Below are positions 37,573 through 46,093 of a stretch of 64,000 nt of DNA, piece after piece. The notes beneath the pieces are model-generated. The model saw only the letters and a program-made list of their open reading frames with translations, had not been told where the DNA came from and did no database searches. The stretch spans positions 15,189-79,188 of the forward strand of contig JAITUU010000001.1 in assembly GCA_031286165.1 (NCBI GenBank), written 5' to 3'. The DNA comes from Bacteroidales bacterium. GTDB lineage: Bacteria; Bacteroidota; Bacteroidia; Bacteroidales; UBA1715. Made by a program: the position numbers and the translations under genes. Every line of letters begins with the position of its first letter. Position 1 is the first letter of the stretch.

Positions 37573-40536
37573 TTACATATCGAACAAGGTTCTGTCATAC
37601 ACCCCGCCATTGAATTTTCCTATCAATTCCCGTATAAATTCGTAATGTTTCACATAGTGATTCGGAATGGTAATCATACGAATATTCTTTTTGTGCAGCA
37701 ATTCCATTTTAATTCTATCAGAATCTATTCGTTTTTTGTTGCTGTAATGTTCTTTTCCGTTTATTTCAAACACAATTTTAGGAATCCCATTTTCATACAA
37801 TACCCCGTCAAATTCTTTTTTATTTATCAAATCGTTATCTCTTTCTTCGGGAAATACGGTCATAATTTTTACATTCCTATCAAATCTTCCGCCTTTTACG
37901 GTACAATAATAATTCATTGTGGTATAAAATTCGTTTTCAAATTTGGAGTCGTTGGAGAAACCTATTGTGAATTTATTGACAGCACTTTGAGAAATTTCTG
38001 TTGAACCGTGTTTGCTCACATAATCAATCAACGCATATAAATCATCGTCTTTTTTCGATAAAATATCTATTGCTTTTCTGTCGGCAACAACGATTAAATT
38101 CTCTTTTGCCCTTGTTACTCCCACATTTATCAACTCACTGTTGTTTTTAATCCAATCGTAGGTGTGCGAGGTTGTTTTTGTTGAAATTGCTGTAGATATT
38201 ATTATCGTTTTATTTTCCTGACCTTGCACTTTGTGTATGGTGCCGCAACTGATTGATGAATCTATTTCTTCTTTTTGCTTTGCTTCTTTCAGGTAATGAT
38301 TTATAACTTCTTCTTGATTTCGGAATGGTGTTATGATAAAAACATCGGATAATTTATTCTGTTTTATGTAGTTTACAATTTCTCTCGCTTCTTCTATTTG
38401 AGAATTTTTGTTTTTAGTATTCACATTGTTTACTTCCAGCAATGAAACATTTCCGATATGCTTAGTTGCCGAAAAATTCAACTTACTGTCATAAAATCTC
38501 ATATTGGAATAGTTGATAATTTTCTTTCCGCAACGATAATGATAACTCAACAGAATATCTCTCGAAATGTTATCTATTCGTTTATACACAGAAAGAATAG
38601 AATTGTTGCAGTAGTCATACTGTTCATCAATTTCAAACTGTTTCAATAACCGTTTATTCCGAGTTTCTTCAAAAATCACAATTGGTTTTAATTGATTTGT
38701 ATCGCCAATCAACACCATATTTTTGCATTTTGAAATGGGAATTAAACTTGTGGAAATATCGCATTGTCCGGCTTCATCGATGGTTAGTAAATCAAATTTG
38801 AATTTTTTTCCAAGTTTTCTGCTCGAAAGATTGGTGGTAAGAATAATCGGAAAAACTTTGGTGAATTTTTCCAAATTTTCATCGTTTGCTATCCATGTAT
38901 TAAATTCCTTTACTCGTTCATCTTCTTTGGTGTATAATATCTTGATCAACTCACTATATTCTTTTGATTTCAAGCGTTTTATGTATTTTAAGCACTCAAA
39001 ATAAAATAATTGTATCAGTGAATAATTATTTTGTATAATCTCAAAAATTCCTTTAATGTCGTCATCTGTGGTGTGAGGTATCTGCTGTAAACGAGTTTCA
39101 AGCACATTCTTTTCTTGTTCAAGATTCCAACAACGATTTTTTGACAGTAATCCGCTAACAAAATCCAAATTTTGCTCCAAATCAATTCTATCTTCGTAGT
39201 TTTTTAGTTTTTCGAGCAATTTCCAGTTATTCTCTTTCGATTTTTCTTTCAAATTGAGCAAAAGATTTTCTTTGGGAATATCTTTTGTTTCAAATTCATA
39301 CAATGCTCTTATTTTTTGCAGTGCTTCGAGTGTATATGTTTCATTTCCAAGCCGTATAAATGGAAACAGAATTTCTTTGTTTTTGTAAGTTCCCAGAAAC
39401 AATTTATCTGTTATTCCGTCAATGGGAGTGTTGTTGTTGGAGGAAATGAGTAATGTTTTGTTGTTCAGCAAACAGTTTACCACTATGTTTAGAATTGTTT
39501 GCGTTTTCCCCGTTCCGGGAGGTCCTTGAACGTATGTAATGGGATATTTAAGAGAATTATAAATGGTACGAAGTTGGTCTATATTCACATTGGCATCGTA
39601 GAGAACAATGTACGGTTCTTTGCGATTTTTTCTATCGAGCAACGATAAATTTTGGAAAAATGCCTTTAACGGAACTTGCATTTCTTGCTTTGTATGTTCC
39701 AAATTTATTTCGTCATAAATTTTCGATATATCTATTTGCTCATAACCCAAAACAACAATTTCCGGTCTTGTGTTCGGCAATTCGCCCTGTTTAAAACCAC
39801 TTTTTACCAATTCTATGGAGCCCAGCATATCTTTTTGAAATAAGATATCAAAATCAGATGATCGCAAATCGGTATAATACGACAATGAATATTTGCTGCC
39901 GTTAATATAAAATTTGGGATTAAAACGCAACTCTCCGATTTTTAGGGTCTTTTTTACGGGGTCAAAGGTAACAAGTCGGTATGCAACCACAAATTTCCCT
40001 TTTGATTCTAAATCTATTGAAAATATAGATACGGCAAGGTTGTAATCATGATAGGTTTTGTAATCGTTATGATATATTTCTTTTATAAAATGTTGGAGTT
40101 CTTCGTTTGTGAGCAAAAGTGAATCTTGCGAGAAGTCTAATCCCGAAATTAAATGCTGTTTGTGTAAAAATGGGTCTATGTTCGATTTGTAACATTCCAA
40201 GTAATAATTCAACACATTGTTGTCATAGCCATCAAAATTGTATTCCTGTAAACTTGTGTCATTATCAATCTTTTGTATCAGTTTTTCCGGCACCTCATAG
40301 TGTGAAAATCGTAGAATCTCAATAGTTTGAATACTCGAAATAAAAATTTTTGCATCGAATACGGGTTCGTCTTTTGTAACATTGAACATATTAACTCGCA
40401 GCGTTGCCTTTGCATCAACATCTAAAATACTTATCCAAAACGGCGTAATTTTTCCTTCTTTGTTTTTGTAGGTAATACTAAGATATTTCCCTTCTCTGAT
40501 TGCCTTCCCTATAAGTGCAGTTGTTTTATCTATCAT
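37573..40536 (-). CDS. three-module protein: N-terminal beta-rich (WYL/SH3-like?) region + SF1 Upf1/DNA2-like helicase + C-terminal Vsr-like (DUF559/DUF2726-type) PD-(D/E)xK nuclease
   Basis: 987-aa ORF in an AT-rich block. Walker A GPPGTGKT (nt 39502-39525), LLTIDEAGQ, VLIGDTNQLKP, GTIHKVQGQE and NVGVTRAKENLIVV. C-terminus EFDGVLYENGIPKIVFEINGKEH ... DRIKMELLHKKNIRMITIP. Confidence 0.8.
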   Translation of the reverse strand: MIDKTTALIGKAIREGKYLSITYKNKEGKITPFWISILDVDAKATLRVNMFNVTKDEPVFDAKIFISSIQTIEILRFSHYEVPEKLIQKIDNDTSLQEYNFDGYDNNVLNYYLECYKSNIDPFLHKQHLISGLDFSQDSLLLTNEELQHFIKEIYHNDYKTYHDYNLAVSIFSIDLESKGKFVVAYRLVTFDPVKKTLKIGELRFNPKFYINGSKYSLSYYTDLRSSDFDILFQKDMLGSIELVKSGFKQGELPNTRPEIVVLGYEQIDISKIYDEINLEHTKQEMQVPLKAFFQNLSLLDRKNRKEPYIVLYDANVNIDQLRTIYNSLKYPITYVQGPPGTGKTQTILNIVVNCLLNNKTLLISSNNNTPIDGITDKLFLGTYKNKEILFPFIRLGNETYTLEALQKIRALYEFETKDIPKENLLLNLKEKSKENNWKLLEKLKNYEDRIDLEQNLDFVSGLLSKNRCWNLEQEKNVLETRLQQIPHTTDDDIKGIFEIIQNNYSLIQLFYFECLKYIKRLKSKEYSELIKILYTKEDERVKEFNTWIANDENLEKFTKVFPIILTTNLSSRKLGKKFKFDLLTIDEAGQCDISTSLIPISKCKNMVLIGDTNQLKPIVIFEETRNKRLLKQFEIDEQYDYCNNSILSVYKRIDNISRDILLSYHYRCGKKIINYSNMRFYDSKLNFSATKHIGNVSLLEVNNVNTKNKNSQIEEAREIVNYIKQNKLSDVFIITPFRNQEEVINHYLKEAKQKEEIDSSISCGTIHKVQGQENKTIIISTAISTKTTSHTYDWIKNNSELINVGVTRAKENLIVVADRKAIDILSKKDDDLYALIDYVSKHGSTEISQSAVNKFTIGFSNDSKFENEFYTTMNYYCTVKGGRFDRNVKIMTVFPEERDNDLINKKEFDGVLYENGIPKIVFEINGKEHYSNKKRIDSDRIKMELLHKKNIRMITIPNHYVKHYEFIRELIGKFNGGVYDRTLFDM

Positions 40537-40830
40537 TCTCCGTTTTTTGTGATTGCCGATTTGTGCCTCATTTTGTGGTTACAAAACTTTGCTAAAAGTA
40601 TAAACTAACATACAACACAATTTATTGTTCTAATACCACAAAATATAAAGGTACGGAAAAATGAGAAAAATCGTGTGTTTTTTGCAAAAACCATAGCATA
40701 CTTTCCTTCGAGCGCATCTTTGAGTGTAAATTTTACTTTCGTTTTGACCATTATGCCGAGTTTTGATAAAGATGCTTCTTTTTTGTAATAGAACACTATA
40801 TATCCTTCATTGCTCGTACTCTCCCCTAAA

Positions 40831-40845
40831 TTCCCCGAAGGGGAA
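40831..40845. repeat. GC-rich mini-hairpin TTCCCC-GAA-GGGGAA
   Basis: Read directly. It has the same CCCCGAAGGGG core as the element inside carB at 42477-42493. Confidence 0.7.
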
Positions 40846-40848
40846 CGT

Positions 40849-40889
40849 AAAAAAAAACACCTCCCGCAAATCGAAGTTTGCAGGAGGTG
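40849..40889 (-). terminator. intrinsic terminator of carB
   Basis: On the minus strand, a 13-bp stem (CACCTCCTGCAAA / TTTGCGGGAGGTG, one G-U pair) with loop CTTCGA, followed by nine U. Confidence 0.85.
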
Positions 40890-40894
40890 TTTCA

Positions 40895-40915
40895 TTTTCA
40901 ACTTTCAACTTTCAA
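40895..40915. repeat. tandem heptamer array, (TTGAAAG)x2 + TTGAAAA on the minus strand
   Basis: The plus strand reads ttttcaa ctttcaa ctttcaa directly after the carB stop (40917-40919). The unit is identical to 7324-7351. Confidence 0.85.
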
Positions 40916-40916
40916 T

Positions 40917-43900
40917 TTATCGGTATTCTTCCCAACTTTTAATGCTAATCTCGTCCCTACCAATCGCGCAAAACGCTTCGATAAAGGCGCGGGCAAGGCG
41001 AGCGTTGGTAATGAGCGGAATGTTGAAGTCGATTGCCGAACGGCGTATGGTGTAGTCGTTCGAGAGTTCGCTTTTCGAGAGGTTTTTCGGTATGTTTACC
41101 ACCAAATCTATTTCGCGCTCTTTGATGTAGTCGAGCGTGTTGGGTTTTTCTGCCGAATCGGGCCAATGAAGCACCGTTGCTTTTACGCCGTTTTCTGCCA
41201 AGAAGTTGGCAGTGCCGGGTGTGGCAAAGAGTTCGTAACCTTTTTGTTGCAGAATTTTGGCGGCAGGCAGCATATCCGTTTTCGAGCGGCTGTCGCCGGT
41301 GGAGAGCAATACGCGCTTTTTCGGAATGGTGTAGCCCACCGAAAGCATAGATTTGAGTATCGCCTCGTTGAAATCTTCGCCTATGCAACCCACTTCGCCG
41401 GTCGATGCCATTTCCACACCCAAAATTGGGTCGGCTTTTTGCAAGCGCGAGAAGGAGAATTGCGGTGCTTTGATGCCCACATAGTCGAGTTCAAACGCCG
41501 ATTTGTGTGGAATATTCGGTTCCAAATCGAGCATTACTTTGGTGGCAATTTCTATGAAATTCACTTTGAGCACTTTCGACACAAAAGGGAAACTTCGCGA
41601 GGCGCGGAGGTTACATTCGATTACTTTGATGTCGTTGTTTTTTGCCATCAACTGCATGTTGAACGGACCGGTAATATTCAGTCCCTTAGCCACTTGTCGT
41701 GCAATTTTTTTGATGCGGCGCATGGTTTCTACATAGAGTTTTTGCGCAGGGAATACCATAGTGGCATCGCCGGAGTGCACACCGGCAAATTCTACGTGTT
41801 CTGAAATGGCGTAAATAAGCACTTCGCCGTTTTTCGCCACAGCGTCTATTTCTATTTCTTTGGCATTTTCTATAAATTCGGTAACAACCACCGGATGCTG
41901 TTTGCTCACGTTGGTTGCGAGAGTCAAAAATCCTTCCAACTCATCGCGGTTGCTCACCACGTTCATTGCCGCGCCCGAAAGCACGTATGAAGGGCGAATC
42001 AACAGCGGAAATCCTACTTTATCGGCAAAGGCGTAAATATCTTCGAGCGAGGTCATTTCCTTCCATTGCGGTTGGTCTATGCCCAAGTCATCGCACATTT
42101 GCGAAAAGCGGTGGCGGTCTTCGGCTTTGTCTATATTTTCGGCGGAAGTGCCGAGTATGTGCACGTTATTATTGTTCAAACGCACGGCAAGGTTGTTCGG
42201 AATTTGTCCGCCCACACTCACAATTACGCCGCGCGGCTGCTCCAAATCGGTAATATCGAGCACGCGCTCCAACGTGAGTTCGTCAAAATAGAGGCGGTCG
42301 CACATATCGTAGTCGGTAGAAACCGTTTCGGGATTGTAGTTTATCATAATTGCCTTCAAACCGCTTTGGCGAATGGTGTTCACAGCGTTCACCGAGCACC
42401 AATCGAACTCCACCGAACTACCAATTCGGTAGGCTCCCGAACCAAGAACAATCACAGCATCAGAAGCCCCCTCTAACTCCCCCGAAGGGGGAGGACAAGA
42501 AATCCCCGAAGTTTGATTTGGGTTTATATACCCCCCTTTGGGGGGCTGGGGGGCTTTGAATTCCACATCGTGCGCCACACCGTTATACGTAAGGTACAAA
42601 TAGTTGGTTTGCGCCGGATATTCTGCCGCGAGGGTGTCTATTTGTTTCACCACCGGCGTAATGCCTTGCTGCTTGCGGTGATTGCGCACCACACCCATTT
42701 TTTCTTCTACGTTGATATTTTCGCCGAAAATAATGCGGGCAATTTGGAAGTCGGAAAATCCTTTTTGTTTCAGTTCCAAGAGTAAATCGTTCGGAACATC
42801 GTCTATTTTTTTGAATTGCCCCAATTCGCGTTCGAGGTCGAAAATTCCTTGCAGTTTGTGCAAAAACCAGCGGTCTATTTTGGTGAGCGCGTGAATTTTT
42901 TCCACATCGTATCCTTTTTTGAGTGCTTGCGCAATCACAAAAATTCGTTTGTCGGTAGGGTGGCTCAGCGATTCGTCAATGTTTTCAACGGCAAGTTCTT
43001 TGTTTGCCACAAATCCGTGCATACCTTGCCCTATCATACGCAAGCCTTTTTGCACCGCCTCCTCGAAATTGCGTCCGATCGCCATTACCTCGCCTACGGA
43101 TTTCATGGACGAACCCAATTCGCGCGATACGCCTTTGAATTTACCCAAGTCCCAACGCGGAATTTTGCACACCACATAGTCGAGTGCCGGCTCAAAGCAG
43201 GCGGTGGTGGATTTCGTAACGGCATTTTTCAATTCGTGCAGTCCGTAGCCAAGTCCCAATTTGGCGGCTACAAAGGCGAGCGGATAGCCGGTAGCCTTTG
43301 ATGCGAGTGCCGAAGAGCGGCTCAATCGAGCGTTTACTTCGATTACGCGGTAATCTTCGGAGTTCGGGTCGAGCGCGTACTGCACGTTACATTCGCCCAC
43401 AATTCCTATGTGGCGAATAATTTTTATGGCAATGCGGCGCAGTTTGTGATATTCGGAGTTGGTGAGCGTTTGCGAAGGGGCAACCACAATACTTTCGCCG
43501 GTGTGAATACCGAGCGGGTCGAAATTTTCCATATTACACACGGTAATACAGTTGTCGTATTTATCGCGAACTACCTCATACTCAACCTCTTTCCAGCCTT
43601 TGAGCGATTTTTCCACCAAAATTTGCGGAGAGTAGGTGAAGGCTTTTGCCGCCAACACGTCTAATTCCGATTCGTTGTCGCAAAAACCGCTGCCCAGCCC
43701 ACCCAGCGTGTAGGCTGCGCGAATAATGATAGGATAGCCCAATTCGGCGGCTACTCGTTTTGCTTCGGAAACGGTGGTAACTGCCTCGCTTTTAATGGTT
43801 TTAACGTTTATTTCGTCTAATTTTTTGACAAATTCTTTGCGGTCTTCGGTGTCAATGATTGCTTGCACGGGGGTACCGAGCACGCGCACGTTGTATTTTT

Positions 43901-44228
43901 CGAGCACACCGCTTTGATAGAGTTTCACCCCGCAGTTGAGCGCGGTTTGTCCGCCGAAGGCAAGTAAAATTCCTTCCGGACGCTCTTTTTCAATCACTTG
44001 CTCCACAAAATCGGGCGTAACGGGCAGGAAATAGACCCTGTCGGCAATGTTTTCCGAAGTTTGAATAGTAGCAATGTTAGGATTGATGAGAACGGTAAAA
44101 ATACCCTCTTCTTTCAAGGCTTTGAGAGCCTGTGAACCTGAATAGTCGAACTCGCCGGCTTCGCCGATTTTCAACGCGCCCGAACCGAGCAAAAGAACTT
44201 TGGTTGGATTTTTCTTTATTTCTTGCAT
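40917..44228 (-). CDS. carB: carbamoyl-phosphate synthase large subunit
   Basis: 1103 aa. Two ATP-grasp halves (KVLLLGSGALKIGEAGEFDYSGSQ ... and VIVLGSGAYRIGSSVEFDWC ...) and a C-terminal MGS-like domain. Confidence 0.95.
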   Translation of the reverse strand: MQEIKKNPTKVLLLGSGALKIGEAGEFDYSGSQALKALKEEGIFTVLINPNIATIQTSENIADRVYFLPVTPDFVEQVIEKERPEGILLAFGGQTALNCGVKLYQSGVLEKYNVRVLGTPVQAIIDTEDRKEFVKKLDEINVKTIKSEAVTTVSEAKRVAAELGYPIIIRAAYTLGGLGSGFCDNESELDVLAAKAFTYSPQILVEKSLKGWKEVEYEVVRDKYDNCITVCNMENFDPLGIHTGESIVVAPSQTLTNSEYHKLRRIAIKIIRHIGIVGECNVQYALDPNSEDYRVIEVNARLSRSSALASKATGYPLAFVAAKLGLGYGLHELKNAVTKSTTACFEPALDYVVCKIPRWDLGKFKGVSRELGSSMKSVGEVMAIGRNFEEAVQKGLRMIGQGMHGFVANKELAVENIDESLSHPTDKRIFVIAQALKKGYDVEKIHALTKIDRWFLHKLQGIFDLERELGQFKKIDDVPNDLLLELKQKGFSDFQIARIIFGENINVEEKMGVVRNHRKQQGITPVVKQIDTLAAEYPAQTNYLYLTYNGVAHDVEFKAPQPPKGGYINPNQTSGISCPPPSGELEGASDAVIVLGSGAYRIGSSVEFDWCSVNAVNTIRQSGLKAIMINYNPETVSTDYDMCDRLYFDELTLERVLDITDLEQPRGVIVSVGGQIPNNLAVRLNNNNVHILGTSAENIDKAEDRHRFSQMCDDLGIDQPQWKEMTSLEDIYAFADKVGFPLLIRPSYVLSGAAMNVVSNRDELEGFLTLATNVSKQHPVVVTEFIENAKEIEIDAVAKNGEVLIYAISEHVEFAGVHSGDATMVFPAQKLYVETMRRIKKIARQVAKGLNITGPFNMQLMAKNNDIKVIECNLRASRSFPFVSKVLKVNFIEIATKVMLDLEPNIPHKSAFELDYVGIKAPQFSFSRLQKADPILGVEMASTGEVGCIGEDFNEAILKSMLSVGYTIPKKRVLLSTGDSRSKTDMLPAAKILQQKGYELFATPGTANFLAENGVKATVLHWPDSAEKPNTLDYIKEREIDLVVNIPKNLSKSELSNDYTIRRSAIDFNIPLITNARLARAFIEAFCAIGRDEISIKSWEEYR
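42465..42557. repeat. GC-rich double-hairpin element inserted in frame in the carB linker
   Basis: CTCCCCC-GAA-GGGGGAG (42477-42493) and CCCCCC-TTT-GGGGGG (42531-42545). Translated as KAPQPPKGGYINPNQTSGISCPPPSGELEGAS between the two synthetase halves. Confidence 0.7.
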
Positions 44229-45316
44229 AGTGCTAAAAATGTATCAAATAAATATTCTGTATCGTTTGGTCCGCTGGCGGCTTCGGGGTGAAATTGCACG
44301 GAGAAAAATGGTTTCGATTTGTGGCGTATTCCCTCGCAGGTGCCGTCATTCAAATTCACATAGTAGGGTTCCCAATCGCTGCCGAGCGTGGTGGTATCTA
44401 CCGCGTATCCGTGATTTTGCGAGGTAATTACAGCGTGGTTGGTGCCCACTTCGAGCGCGGGTTGATTGTGGCTGCGGTGTCCGTATTTCATTTTATAAGT
44501 AGTGCCGCCGGCTGCCATAGAAAGCAACTGATTGCCCATGCAAATACCGAAAATCGGTTTGCCTTTGGCGATTGCTTTTTTTATGTTTTCTACCGTAATG
44601 CCGCACATGGCAGGGTTTCCGGGACCATTGCTGAGCATCACACCATCGTATTCCAATTGCGTGAAATCGTAATCCCACGGCACGCGCGTAACGGTTGCGC
44701 CGCGTTTTGCCAAGCAGCGAATAATGTTGTATTTGCAACCGCAGTCCACCAGCACAATGTTGAGCGGCGTTTCGGGTGCATTTTTCGTAGGTTCGTATTT
44801 CTCCAAACCGCAGCAACTCACTTTTGCTACCAAATTTTCTACGTTCGGGTCTTCAAATTTTTGATGTTCGAGTGTCAAATCGCCGCCTTCCATTACAATG
44901 GTGGCGAGCATTACACCGCGTTCGCGAATGATTTTGGTAAGTTGGCGCGTGTCCACCCCGTAAATACCCGGCACGTTTTGCTCTTTCAACCATTGGTCGA
45001 GGCTTTTATTGGCATTCCAATGGCTGTGTTCCACCGAATAATCGGAAATAACCAACGCTTGTACATGGATTTTGCTCGATTCCATAAAAATGGAAAGCCC
45101 GTTATCCACTTCGGGCGGCACGCCGTAATTTCCTATCAAAGGAAAGGTTGGTACTAAAATTTGACCGCTGTACGAAGGGTCGGTAAGACTTTCGGGATAG
45201 CCGGTCATGGCAGTATTGAACACCACTTCGCCCGAAGTAGGACGCTCTGCACCAAAAGAAAATCCTTGAAACGTGGTGCCGTCTTCAAGGATTAAATATG
45301 CTTTTTTCTTATTCAT
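44216..45316 (-). CDS. carA: carbamoyl-phosphate synthase small subunit
   Basis: 366 aa. GATase motifs GICMGNQLL and FSVQFHPEA. Overlaps the carB start by 13 nt. Confidence 0.93.
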   Translation of the reverse strand: MNKKKAYLILEDGTTFQGFSFGAERPTSGEVVFNTAMTGYPESLTDPSYSGQILVPTFPLIGNYGVPPEVDNGLSIFMESSKIHVQALVISDYSVEHSHWNANKSLDQWLKEQNVPGIYGVDTRQLTKIIRERGVMLATIVMEGGDLTLEHQKFEDPNVENLVAKVSCCGLEKYEPTKNAPETPLNIVLVDCGCKYNIIRCLAKRGATVTRVPWDYDFTQLEYDGVMLSNGPGNPAMCGITVENIKKAIAKGKPIFGICMGNQLLSMAAGGTTYKMKYGHRSHNQPALEVGTNHAVITSQNHGYAVDTTTLGSDWEPYYVNLNDGTCEGIRHKSKPFFSVQFHPEAASGPNDTEYLFDTFLALCKK

Positions 45317-45333
45317 TGATGAAAAAATTTATG

Positions 45334-45341
45334 CAAAGATA
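45334..45341 (-). promoter_or_regulatory. putative -7 promoter box for carAB
   Basis: The minus strand reads TATCTTTG, 17 nt upstream of the carA ATG. Confidence 0.35.
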
Positions 45342-45567
45342 CTATTTTTTTGTTTACTGAAATAGGGGGGTAATTATTTTATTGTATATTTTATACCGTT
45401 TATAATGTTGTACTAATTTCACGTCTTTCGTAAAAAATTTGCCAAAAATACGTGTTTTTTATTAAAAATTCATATTTTCGTAAAAAAATAATGTTTGTGA
45501 AGTATAAACGCACCTCAAAATCTTCTGTTGTGAAGTAGTTTTGCGGCACTATTTATTCGTATAAGTT

Positions 45568-46023
45568 ATGGAAGATGTATTGGACGAATTGGATTATAAA
45601 ATCCTCAGATTGATTTCAAATGATGCGCGGGTGTCGTTTTTGGAAGTTTCGCGAATATGCAACGTGTCGGGAGCGGCGGTGCATCAGCGCGTGCAAAAAA
45701 TGATGGCAAACGGCATTATTACCGGTTCGGAATTTTGGCTCGATTTGCAAAAAATAGGCTACCAAACGTGCACGTTTTTGCTGCTCCGCTTTGGCGGTAC
45801 CGAAAATTTAGACGTGGTGGTGGAAAAATTGAAGGAAATTCGCGAAATTGTGGAATGTCATGCCATTGTGGGCGAATACGATATTTTGATTAAAATTTTT
45901 GCGAAAAACAATAATCATTTGTACGAAATTATTCAGAGCCAAATAAAACCACTCGGCGTGGTGCGTACCGAAACGGTAATTTCCTATCAGGAATCCTTCC
46001 ACCGCCAATTTGTGTTTGAATAA
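45568..46023 (+). CDS. Lrp/AsnC-family transcriptional regulator
   Basis: HTH_AsnC N-terminus (LDELDYKILRLISNDARVSFLEVSRICNVSGAAVHQRVQKM) and a RAM-like C-domain. Confidence 0.88.
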   Translation: MEDVLDELDYKILRLISNDARVSFLEVSRICNVSGAAVHQRVQKMMANGIITGSEFWLDLQKIGYQTCTFLLLRFGGTENLDVVVEKLKEIREIVECHAIVGEYDILIKIFAKNNNHLYEIIQSQIKPLGVVRTETVISYQESFHRQFVFE

Positions 46024-46056
46024 AAAAAAGGCTGCTCATTTCGAGTAGCCTTTTTT
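46022..46056. terminator. bidirectional intrinsic terminator (asnC-like / folD)
   Basis: A8-GGCTGCTC-ATTTC-GAGTAGCC-T6. The stem is 8 bp with one G-U pair. Confidence 0.75.
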
Positions 46057-46063
46057 ATTATCG

Positions 46064-46093
46064 CATTATCATATTGTCATATTATCATATTGC
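46064..46093. repeat. tandem octamer-like array (CATATTRT)x3-4
   Basis: cattat catattgt catattat catattgc read directly. It overlaps the folD stop codon. Confidence 0.7.

Noticed and set aside
40605-40901. 98-aa minus-strand ORF upstream of the helicase-nuclease gene
   Set aside because: Its 5' half runs through the carB terminator, the GC mini-hairpin and part of the heptamer array, so the full ORF is not credible. Only the internal 48-codon sub-ORF (ATG 40751) remains possible, and I have no supporting evidence for it.
40878-45157. Several long plus-strand ORFs (40878-41804, 42816-43301, 44288-45157 and others)
   Set aside because: All lie antisense to carB or carA, which are unambiguous. 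Their translations are rich in R/F/H/C with no motifs, as expected for shadow frames.
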